Assembly (NCBI GenBank): GCA_963836485.1
Contig: CAWIJS010000013.1
Location: 527,961-591,960, forward strand
Direction of reading: 5' to 3'
From: an uncultured Conexibacteraceae bacterium
GTDB taxonomy: Bacteria > Actinomycetota > Thermoleophilia > Solirubrobacterales > Solirubrobacteraceae
DNA length: 64,000 bases
Part shown: piece by piece, positions 52,421-60,471 of the stretch
Numbering within the stretch: the stretch's first letter is position 1
Layout of the letters: each line of letters begins with the position of its first letter
Notes under the pieces: generated by a model
The model's database searches: none
What the model was told of the DNA's origin: nothing
What the model saw: only the letters and a program-made list of their open reading frames with translations
Translations under genes and position numbers: made by a program

Positions 52421-54604
52421 GTGCAGACCCTCATGCTTCGCCTCGACGGACTGGTCAGCCGTCGCCGCCGTTTGGTCCTCATCGCCTGGGCGCTCGTCCT
52501 GCTCGCCGCGGTCCCGTTCGCCGCTCGCCAGGCCGATCACCTCAGCGGTGGCGGCTTTGACGTCCCGGGCTCGCAGTCGGTGGCTGTTCAGCACGCCGTC
52601 GAGCGGGACTTCGACACGGCGCAGGGCACGACGCTGGCCGCGGTGCTCGTCCCGCGCCGCGACGCCACGCCGGCGCAGGTCCGTGCGGCGATCGCCAAGG
52701 TCGGCGCGGCTGCCGGCCCGACCAAGAACGTCGACCTTCCGGCCGCCTCGCGGGCGAAGGCGCTGGCGACCGTCGACCACGACGGCGTCCGCCCGCTCAT
52801 CGTCTCGCTCCACACGCCGGTCTCCGACAGCGACGCGATCGACGTCGCCGTCGACCTGCGCAAGCGCCTCGGGATCAAGGACGCCGACGCCAACGCGCCG
52901 GTGGTCATGCACCTCGTCGGCCAGGGCGCGCTGTGGGCCGGCATGCAGGACCTGAGCAAGGAGGACCTCGCTTCGGCGGAGGGGATCGGGTTCCCCATCG
53001 TGTTGCTCATCCTGCTGGCGATCTTCGGCTCGGCGGCCGCGGCGCTGCTGCCCGTCACGCTCGGGCTGGTCGCCGTGACGGTCACCGGTGCGCTGATCTA
53101 CGCGCTCTCGCTCGTGACGGGCATGAGCGTGTTCGTGACCAACATGGCCTCGATGATCGGCATCGGCGTGGCGGTCGACTACTCGCTCTTCGTGCTCGCG
53201 CGCTATCGCGAGGAGATCGCCGCCGGGCAGGATCCCGACATCGCGCGGGCGACCGCGCTGGCGACGTCCGGCGTCGCGGTGGCGTTCTCGGGCCTGACCG
53301 TGATCGTCTCGCTCGCGGGGCTATTCATCGTCGACACCATGTCGGTCCGCTCGATGGCGCTCGGCGCGATCCTCGTCGTCGCCGTCTCGGTGATCGCGGC
53401 GACGACGCTGCTGCCGGCGCTCATCTCGCTGGCCGGTCGCCGCGCCTACGAGCCTGGCTGGACCGCTGGTGTCACCTCGCGCATCGTCGGGCTCTTCAGC
53501 GGCCTGCGCCGTGGTGATCGCGATGTGCCGCGCGCCTCGTTCTGGGAGCGCTGGACGGGCGCGGTCATGCGGCGCCCGATCCTCGCAGCGGGCGGCACGG
53601 CGGCGATCCTGCTGGCGCTCGCCGTGCCCGCGCTGCAGATGGAGATGCGCAACGGCGCGCTCGCGCAGTTCCCCAAGGGCCACGAGACGCGCGTCGGCGC
53701 CGAGGCCGCGGCGCGCATCGCCGGGCCGGGCGCCTCCAGCCCGCTCGACATCGTCGCCGCGCGCGCTGCCGTGCCGCGCGTGCAGGCCGTGCTGAAGGTG
53801 GACCGCGAGGTCGCAAGCGTGTCGTCGCCGATCATCTCCCGCGACGGCAGCCAGGTGCTCATCCGGGCCATCGCGCGCCACGACGGCGAGTCCGCCGAGG
53901 TGACCGCGCTGACGCGCCGGCTGCGCGACAAGCTGCCCGCAGGGACCGACGTCGGCGGCGCCCCGGGCTTCACCGTCGACTTCGTCGACCGCATCTCGGG
54001 CTCGCTGGGCCTGATCGCGCTCTTCGTCCTGGCGTTGTCCTACATCGTGCTCCTGTTGCTGCTGCGCTCGGTCGTGCTGCCGCTCAAGGCGGTGGTGATG
54101 AACCTGCTGTCGGTCGGCGCCGCCTACGGCGTGCTCGTCGGCGTCTTCCAGCTGGGCTGGGTCGACGGCCTCTTCGGCTTCCAGTCCACGGGCTACATCG
54201 ACGCGCTGACGCCCCCGCTGGTGCTGGCGATCGTCTTCGGGTTGTCGATGGACTACGAGGTCTTCCTGCTCAGCCGGATCCGCGAGCGCTGGGCCACCAC
54301 CGGCGACCCGCGCGGCTCAGTCGCCGAGGGTCTCCAGGCCAGTGCGCGCACGATCACCAGCGCCGCGCTCATCATGGCTTCGGTGTTCGCCGTCTTCGTC
54401 GGGACGGGCGTGCCGTCGATCCAACAACTCGGCCTTGGCTGCGCGGTGGCCATCATCATCGACGCGACGCTCGTGCGGTTGGTTCTGGTGCCCGCGACCA
54501 TGGAGCTGCTCGGCCGCTGGAACTGGTGGCTCCCGCGCCCGCTGGCGCGCGTGCTGCCGGACGTGGCGATCGAGACGGCGCCGGCGCCTGCGGCGGCGAA
54601 CTGA
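52421..54604 (+). CDS. MMPL/RND family transporter
   Basis: AGGAGG then GTG; GVAVDYSLF, FGLSMDYEVFLLSRIRE, DATLVRLVLVP...NWW. Confidence 0.93.
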   Translation: MQTLMLRLDGLVSRRRRLVLIAWALVLLAAVPFAARQADHLSGGGFDVPGSQSVAVQHAVERDFDTAQGTTLAAVLVPRRDATPAQVRAAIAKVGAAAGPTKNVDLPAASRAKALATVDHDGVRPLIVSLHTPVSDSDAIDVAVDLRKRLGIKDADANAPVVMHLVGQGALWAGMQDLSKEDLASAEGIGFPIVLLILLAIFGSAAAALLPVTLGLVAVTVTGALIYALSLVTGMSVFVTNMASMIGIGVAVDYSLFVLARYREEIAAGQDPDIARATALATSGVAVAFSGLTVIVSLAGLFIVDTMSVRSMALGAILVVAVSVIAATTLLPALISLAGRRAYEPGWTAGVTSRIVGLFSGLRRGDRDVPRASFWERWTGAVMRRPILAAGGTAAILLALAVPALQMEMRNGALAQFPKGHETRVGAEAAARIAGPGASSPLDIVAARAAVPRVQAVLKVDREVASVSSPIISRDGSQVLIRAIARHDGESAEVTALTRRLRDKLPAGTDVGGAPGFTVDFVDRISGSLGLIALFVLALSYIVLLLLLRSVVLPLKAVVMNLLSVGAAYGVLVGVFQLGWVDGLFGFQSTGYIDALTPPLVLAIVFGLSMDYEVFLLSRIRERWATTGDPRGSVAEGLQASARTITSAALIMASVFAVFVGTGVPSIQQLGLGCAVAIIIDATLVRLVLVPATMELLGRWNWWLPRPLARVLPDVAIETAPAPAAAN

Positions 54605-54616
54605 GACACAGCCGGA

Positions 54617-54647
54617 CGAGTTGACCGGCAATGCGCCGGTCAACTCG
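54617..54647. repeat. Perfect 13-bp palindrome (terminator or REP-like)
   Basis: CGAGTTGACCGGC-AATGC-GCCGGTCAACTCG. Confidence 0.7.
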
Positions 54648-54702
54648 ACCCGCGTTTGAGGCCGACGCGCGCGCCAACATCAGCGGCTAGCCTGATGAGG
54701 CG

Positions 54703-54939
54703 ATGACCTCGGCCGAACACGAGATCTCCGAGCACGACGTGGTGACCTTCCGTGCATCCGTGGGCACCTGGCCGGCGGGCACCAGCGGGACGGTCGTGAG
54801 CGACTACGACCACGGCATGCTCCTCGTCGAGATCTCCAATTCGAGCGGCGAGATGCTGGACCTCATCGTGGTCCACGCCGACCAGCTCATCCTTCAGCAG
54901 CGCTGGCCGGCTACCGTGCCCGGCGCAGGCCAGAGCTGA
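54703..54939 (+). CDS. DUF4926-like small protein
   Basis: EHDVV...AGTSGTVV..Y...LVE...ADQL pattern. Confidence 0.7.
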   Translation: MTSAEHEISEHDVVTFRASVGTWPAGTSGTVVSDYDHGMLLVEISNSSGEMLDLIVVHADQLILQQRWPATVPGAGQS

Positions 54940-55614
54940 TCAGGACGCGGCGCGCTGGCGGCGCGCCGCGAGCGTGTGCTCGATGAGCTGAATGAAGACG
55001 TCGTCGTCCTTCTCGGCCGCCATGACGTTGGCGAGCGCGGCGATCTGAAAGCGGCTCAGGTGCCGTAGCGCGAAGGCGTGGATGGCGGCGGCGAGGAAGA
55101 ACTGGCGACGGCCGTCGACCCACCCGGCCGGGAGCAGCCCGGCCGTCTCCCACTCACGAACCTGCTTCGGGGTGACGCCGGCGACCTTCGCGAGCTCGGT
55201 GACGTTGATCGGGTAGTCGCGCCGCTCCTCGCCGGGCTGCTCCTCGCCGCCCAGGCGACGCCACGGCTCGTGGGCCAACAGCAGCTCATCCTCGGTGAGA
55301 CGGTCGTAGAGGCCGAACTGCCCGGCGAGCGGAAGGTGCAGGTCGATGTCGTCGTGGGTGGCGTGGAGCAACTCCCTGCCGACGGGGTCCACCGGCTCTG
55401 GCGACTCCAACAAGGCACGCTGCGCGTCATCGAGCTCGTGACCGAACGTCTGCGCCCAGTGGGCGAGGCGCCATCGCCCTCGCGCGTCGAGCGTGGGGTC
55501 GTCGGCGAAGCCTTCGATGTAGCGAGTACCAAGGACATAACCGGCCTGTCCGCCGTCCAGGGTCGGTCCCGGGACATCGAGACGGGTCGCTGGCAAGGAC
55601 GAGGACTTGGGCAT
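54940..55614 (-). CDS. Hypothetical protein with MerR-type HTH in its C-terminal third
   Basis: INVTELAKVAGVTPKQVREWETAGLLP...GRRQF. Confidence 0.75.
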   Translation of the reverse strand: MPKSSSLPATRLDVPGPTLDGGQAGYVLGTRYIEGFADDPTLDARGRWRLAHWAQTFGHELDDAQRALLESPEPVDPVGRELLHATHDDIDLHLPLAGQFGLYDRLTEDELLLAHEPWRRLGGEEQPGEERRDYPINVTELAKVAGVTPKQVREWETAGLLPAGWVDGRRQFFLAAAIHAFALRHLSRFQIAALANVMAAEKDDDVFIQLIEHTLAARRQRAAS

Positions 55615-55653
55615 GGCGAGCTTCACAGCGTACCGGACCTTTCCCTTTGAAGG

Positions 55654-56127
55654 TTAGGGTTGATCATCACCGGCGAGCGAACGCAGGTGAACGGAGTCGA
55701 AGCAGCCGCGGGAGTGCCGCCACCGGCTGCCTGCACGCTGTGCGAAGCCGACGATCTGATCGGGCAGTTGGACGAGCGAGCCCGGGTCGGCGAGATGCAG
55801 CATGCCATCGCGGGTGTCGGGGTCACTGGTGAGCACGATGGCGGGATGAGCGATCACGACGACAGCCGCCTGCAACCGGTCTCGCTCGTGAAAGGCGCCG
55901 TCGAGGACTCGGCGTGCCAACTCGTCTTCGGTCAGCGAACCGGGCTGGTACGGGCAGACGTAGATCCCGGCACGGCCAACAGCCCGGTGAGCGCCAACCC
56001 TGAAGGTGCCCTCATGAACGATCGCACGCGCAGCTCTCGGCGAGGTGTAATGGAACCAGTACGCCTTGGCCCCCGGTCGATTCCAGTACAGTGCAGCGGC
56101 GTAGTTGTCCAAGAGATCGTCCGGCAC
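55654..56127 (-). CDS. Putative ADP-ribosyltransferase-fold protein (HYD1-like); start uncertain
   Basis: WFHYTS....AI..EG...GIYV....PG; GTG 56127 chosen within ORF 55654-56328. Confidence 0.6.
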   Translation of the reverse strand: MPDDLLDNYAAALYWNRPGAKAYWFHYTSPRAARAIVHEGTFRVGAHRAVGRAGIYVCPYQPGSLTEDELARRVLDGAFHERDRLQAAVVVIAHPAIVLTSDPDTRDGMLHLADPGSLVQLPDQIVGFAQRAGSRWRHSRGCFDSVHLRSLAGDDQP

Positions 56128-56415
56128 GAAGGCGGCGACCGTGGTAGGCCATTGCCTTGATCCCGCGATCCGTGTCGATGTTGGTGCACAGGCGTAACGC
56201 CCGCGCTGCAATCGACACACAGACGCGGCCCTGCCCGAATCAAAGGACCGCTGACGGCGGTGCTGGGGAGCTTGCGAGCAGACGACGAGCGGGGCGAAAC
56301 CAGGCCACGAGAAGTCCATCTGCCCCACCGATTAGGCTCTGCCTACCTCAAACAAATAGTGCCCCCGCGCCGGTACGAACGGCCGGGGGCGTGACCCAAA
56401 GGAGAGTTGACTCCC

Positions 56416-56856
56416 ATGAGCACCCCGCAGCGTACCCACGCCCGCGTGATCACCGTCGATCGCGAGACTGCCGACGTCCTCCGTCTCGAGGCCAAGAAGG
56501 TGATGGACCTCGGCCACGAGTTGTTCGAGGACTTCCTCCTCTACGGGCCCGAGGCCCAGTACGTGTTGGCAATGCGCTTCTGCGCGGCGACCGCGCTCAT
56601 CACCGCCGTCGGCTGGGACCCCGACAACGTCGATCCCGACATTGACACGTTCGAGGTCCCGTTGACCGACGATCTGGTCGAGCAGCTGCGCCACCGTCGT
56701 TACGACCTGGCGCGGTGCAACAACGACCGCCTCGACGGGCTGCCGGTCAACGAGCCCATCGACCCCGACCTCCTCGCCGAGGTCACCGTCGATCGCCTCG
56801 CCGCCCAGGCCCTGGACGGGCTGTTCGGCGTCTACGCCGGAGCCATCAAGGACTGA
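56416..56856 (+). CDS. Hypothetical acidic protein
   Basis: AAGGAG RBS; coding-like codon usage. Confidence 0.75.
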   Translation: MSTPQRTHARVITVDRETADVLRLEAKKVMDLGHELFEDFLLYGPEAQYVLAMRFCAATALITAVGWDPDNVDPDIDTFEVPLTDDLVEQLRHRRYDLARCNNDRLDGLPVNEPIDPDLLAEVTVDRLAAQALDGLFGVYAGAIKD

Positions 56857-56866
56857 GCCAGCGGGC

Positions 56867-56894
56867 CCGGGTCGCGGCGTTTGCCGCGACCCGG
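56867..56894. terminator. Hairpin between convergent genes
   Basis: CCGGGTCGCGGC-GTTT-GCCGCGACCCGG, 12-bp perfect stem. Confidence 0.7.
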
Positions 56895-56908
56895 ATGTGC
56901 CGTCGTTC

Positions 56909-59900
56909 CTACTTGGTGGTCTTGTGGGCTTTGGCGGGTCCGGTGGGGTCGAAGGAGACGGTGACCTTGCCGGGCTTGCCCTTGGTGCGTTTGGCCGTGA
57001 CTGTCGCGACCGTCGACTTGGTGATGGTCTTGCTGGTCTTCTTGATGCCCTTGCCCGACACGGTGACCTTGCCGGCGCCGAGCCCGCTGATCTTGACGGC
57101 GACGCTGGTCTTGCCGACCTTCTTGCTGATGATCTTCAGCGGGCAGGCCGGGGTCTGGAGGTAGACGTCGGTGTCGGCGGTCTTGCCGTTGTGGCCGTCG
57201 ATCTGCTGGTCGGCGACCTGCGTGCTCTTGCAGATATCCGCACCGGAGACAACCAGGATCCCGCTCTTGCCGCCGTCGATGTCCAGCGTGAAATCGCTGA
57301 CCGGGGCGTCGGGGATGTTGTCAAAGGTCGAGACCAGGTGGTTGTCGACGACGTTGCTGGTGCCGACGAGGTTGAGCCGGAGCCCGTTCTCGCCGGTGAG
57401 CGGGATCACGAGCTTGGGCAGCGTGCGGATCTCGCGGCCGGACTTGGGGTCCTTGCGGATGTTCTTGACGAAGTACACCGGGCCGGTCAGCGGCTGGTTG
57501 AGGATCGGCGTGCGTGCAACAGCCTTGCCGACGATCGAGCCCTTCGGGCAGGTCGGATCGACCTTGCTGCCATCGGTGAACTCACACAACGCCTGCGCGT
57601 TATCCGGATCCAACGCCAAGCTCAATGGCAAGCTCACCACGACCTTCTTGAGATTCGCCTGCCCCGCGGGCTGGGTCACCGTCGCGTGCACGCCGGGGTG
57701 CTTGTCGTCGGTGGTCTGGCCCTTGCCGGTCAGGCTGATGGCCAGCTTGGGTGCGAGGCCGAGGCCGGCGCAGTCGCCGACCTGGAAGCGATCACCGACC
57801 GGGGCGGTCAGGCCGGTGATGGCCCTCACGACACCCGTGAACTGCTTCTCGGCACAACTGGTCGGGTTGAGCATGAACCCGGGCCGGTCGATCACGACAC
57901 GCACGTCGCGCAGGTGGATCGGGACACCCTGGATGATCGTCGGGATCGCCCCCGAGTCCACATGGACCTGAGCGTCGTCGGGATCGATGGTCAACTTGGT
58001 GCGCAACACGACGCTGCCGAGATCTACGCTGCCCGCGACCGCGGGGGTGACGACGACCACGCTGAACGGGGCGCCCTGATAGGGGCCGGCGAGATAGACC
58101 GAGCCGTTGATGTAGTAGGGCCGCGGACCTGAGCCCGCCCCCGCGTGGACATAGCCGATCTTGCTCGCCGCCGGACACGACGGACGGTCGATCTCGCCTT
58201 GACCGGAACCCGGCGCGGTGGAGATCGCAGCGATCGCCGCATCCGAGCACTGCGCCACCCCAGCCAGCTTGGCCGTCAAGCCGGTCGGCAGGTCGGCCTG
58301 CAGGTCGGTGAACTCCTGCTCACCGTCGTTGCGCGTCAGCTTCAACGAAAACGGGCTGAACGCACCGGCGGTCGGCTGCAGCGTGCCGGCCGCAAACCCC
58401 GGCGCAAACGGCCGCGACCCGGCATCGGGGGCACAAGCGCCGCCGCCGGGACCTTGGGTGACCGTGTAGGAGTTCGACACCGGGATCGCGACGTCGGGCT
58501 GCGACCAGCTGTTCAACACGCCTGACACCGTCTTGATCCCGCACGTCGAGGGGTTGACCAACGGCGCACGATCCCCACCGCGGATGCTGACCGTCAGATG
58601 ATCAAACGGCAGCTCGGGCAGGTCATCGAAGATCGTCGTGATCTGACCCGTGCTGGGATCGAGGTCGATGCGACCCGGGATCTTGATCAACACCCCACGA
58701 TCCTCGGTGTCGTGGGCCACGACGTACATGGCAAACAACGTCCCAAACGGATTGGCGCTCTGCTGGGCCAGATACACCGAGCCCTCCAACGGCTTGGACA
58801 GCACCGGCGTCGAAATCGTCACCGAGCCGATCCGCGAGCTGTCCGGACACTCAACCGGATCATCGGTCTTCAACCCGATCTGCGCCGGCGTGCAACCCGC
58901 CAACCCATCGGCAAACGCCGGGTTCAGGCTCACCCCGTCGGGCAGCTTGACCTCGACGTGCTTGACCGGCGGCGTCGCCACCCCAGCAGGATTGAGGTTT
59001 TGCGGCACCGACACCGAAACATCCAACCCCGTCGGCGAATCCGCCCGGGCATCCGTCGGATGCACCGCCACATCGGGTGCAAACCTCGGCTTGTCACAGC
59101 CCGTCATCTGACCCGGCAACGTGTAGAGCAGGGCAGGCCCGAACACACCTGACTGCTGCCACGAGTCATACCCCGACAACTTCATCTGATTGTCGACCCC
59201 GCACTGAGCCGGCAACGTCAGGAACGGCTCAGCCGGATGATCGGTAGGACACCTAATGCTAACGATGTTGAAACCGCAGCGCGCAGCATCATGGGAGGGA
59301 TCCGCGGGCACACCCCAGATCACGACCTTCGACGTGAACGGGCGCACCGCCTCGTTGATGTCAGACGCGGTTGCGCGGACGGTGTAGTTGCGGGCGGGAT
59401 CGAGCGACACCCGCACGTGGACGATGGCACCCGTCCTGAGACCAAAATCAGAGATGACGCCCGACGGGTGGGTGACGTTGAACACCGGGGAGGTGAACTC
59501 GAATCTGCTTGTCGTGCCATAGCCAGAGACAGCGGATACGTAGGCGATGCCCGCCACGCTGGAAGCCGGGCAGCGGCTGGCTTCGAGCTGCGCAAGGGAG
59601 CATTCGTCGACGGCGGCGGGACTGCCGACGAAGCCGGGCGGAAGGTCGATGGTGGCGTTGCGAAGACCGTCGGACGCGGCCTTTTGCGGATCGCCGGCCT
59701 GCGTGACGCCGAAGGGGATGGAGTTGAGGTCAAAGGAGAACGTCGCGTGATCGGGATGGACGCCGGCTTGGCGCACCCGCGTGATCCCATCGGCCTCAAA
59801 GAAGTCGCCGATCCACGATCCATCGACGATGCCAAAGGGTGCTGGATCTGCGCTGACGTGCGTGTGCTCTGACGCACACGCACCGACACCCGGCGCACAG

Positions 59901-60424
59901 CCGGCGGCGGCCGGCGCGTCCGAAGCGCCACCGCCCGACACCGTGGCGGTGGTGACCACGTCGGGACCGGCGCCAGCAGCGACGTCGACGGTCACGATGA
60001 GCCCCCGGACGTCCTGATCACGGTAGATCGTGTCGTTCGTCGTGCACGTCACCACCGTGTCACCCGCCGATCCCGGACAGTCCCACTGATTCTCGCCTCC
60101 GTTGAAGGTTCCCTGATCGTTGCGGAAGGAGTGTCGGCTGAGTCCCGCAGGCAGGTAGATCTTGAGCGTGACCGGACCGGAGGTGTCGGCATCCCCCGCG
60201 TTGATGACGTCAAACGCGTACTCGGCGGTCCCGCCGGGCGGGAAGTTGGTCTCGTCGTGATGGATGTCCAGATTCCACAGAGGATCAGCCGCCGCCGAAG
60301 CCACCCCCACGCTCAGCACACTAAAGACGGCCACCATCGTCGCCAGCGCCAAGCGCCGTCCGCCGCGCCGCGCGCCGCCCAAGGCCCCTGATGCCGCAGT
60401 CGCTGTGCTGGTCGTTCTGTCCAT
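56909..60424 (-). CDS. Large secreted protein: DUF11-like Ig domain, four Cys-patterned repeats, basic C-terminal domain
   Basis: Signal peptide RRLALATMVAVFSVLSVGVASAAA; GGAG before ATG 60424 (ORF open to 60469). Confidence 0.85.
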   Translation of the reverse strand: MDRTTSTATAASGALGGARRGGRRLALATMVAVFSVLSVGVASAAADPLWNLDIHHDETNFPPGGTAEYAFDVINAGDADTSGPVTLKIYLPAGLSRHSFRNDQGTFNGGENQWDCPGSAGDTVVTCTTNDTIYRDQDVRGLIVTVDVAAGAGPDVVTTATVSGGGASDAPAAAGCAPGVGACASEHTHVSADPAPFGIVDGSWIGDFFEADGITRVRQAGVHPDHATFSFDLNSIPFGVTQAGDPQKAASDGLRNATIDLPPGFVGSPAAVDECSLAQLEASRCPASSVAGIAYVSAVSGYGTTSRFEFTSPVFNVTHPSGVISDFGLRTGAIVHVRVSLDPARNYTVRATASDINEAVRPFTSKVVIWGVPADPSHDAARCGFNIVSIRCPTDHPAEPFLTLPAQCGVDNQMKLSGYDSWQQSGVFGPALLYTLPGQMTGCDKPRFAPDVAVHPTDARADSPTGLDVSVSVPQNLNPAGVATPPVKHVEVKLPDGVSLNPAFADGLAGCTPAQIGLKTDDPVECPDSSRIGSVTISTPVLSKPLEGSVYLAQQSANPFGTLFAMYVVAHDTEDRGVLIKIPGRIDLDPSTGQITTIFDDLPELPFDHLTVSIRGGDRAPLVNPSTCGIKTVSGVLNSWSQPDVAIPVSNSYTVTQGPGGGACAPDAGSRPFAPGFAAGTLQPTAGAFSPFSLKLTRNDGEQEFTDLQADLPTGLTAKLAGVAQCSDAAIAAISTAPGSGQGEIDRPSCPAASKIGYVHAGAGSGPRPYYINGSVYLAGPYQGAPFSVVVVTPAVAGSVDLGSVVLRTKLTIDPDDAQVHVDSGAIPTIIQGVPIHLRDVRVVIDRPGFMLNPTSCAEKQFTGVVRAITGLTAPVGDRFQVGDCAGLGLAPKLAISLTGKGQTTDDKHPGVHATVTQPAGQANLKKVVVSLPLSLALDPDNAQALCEFTDGSKVDPTCPKGSIVGKAVARTPILNQPLTGPVYFVKNIRKDPKSGREIRTLPKLVIPLTGENGLRLNLVGTSNVVDNHLVSTFDNIPDAPVSDFTLDIDGGKSGILVVSGADICKSTQVADQQIDGHNGKTADTDVYLQTPACPLKIISKKVGKTSVAVKISGLGAGKVTVSGKGIKKTSKTITKSTVATVTAKRTKGKPGKVTVSFDPTGPAKAHKTTK

Positions 60425-60471
60425 GTCCAACTCCATCTTCGAATCGCCGTCAGTCGTCGTGTAAGCCATGG

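Noticed and set aside
55660-56160. 166-aa plus-strand ORF opposite the ART-like gene
   Set aside because: No motif recognised; the minus-strand frame carries the HYT/GxY signature and is co-oriented with its neighbour. Not fully excluded.
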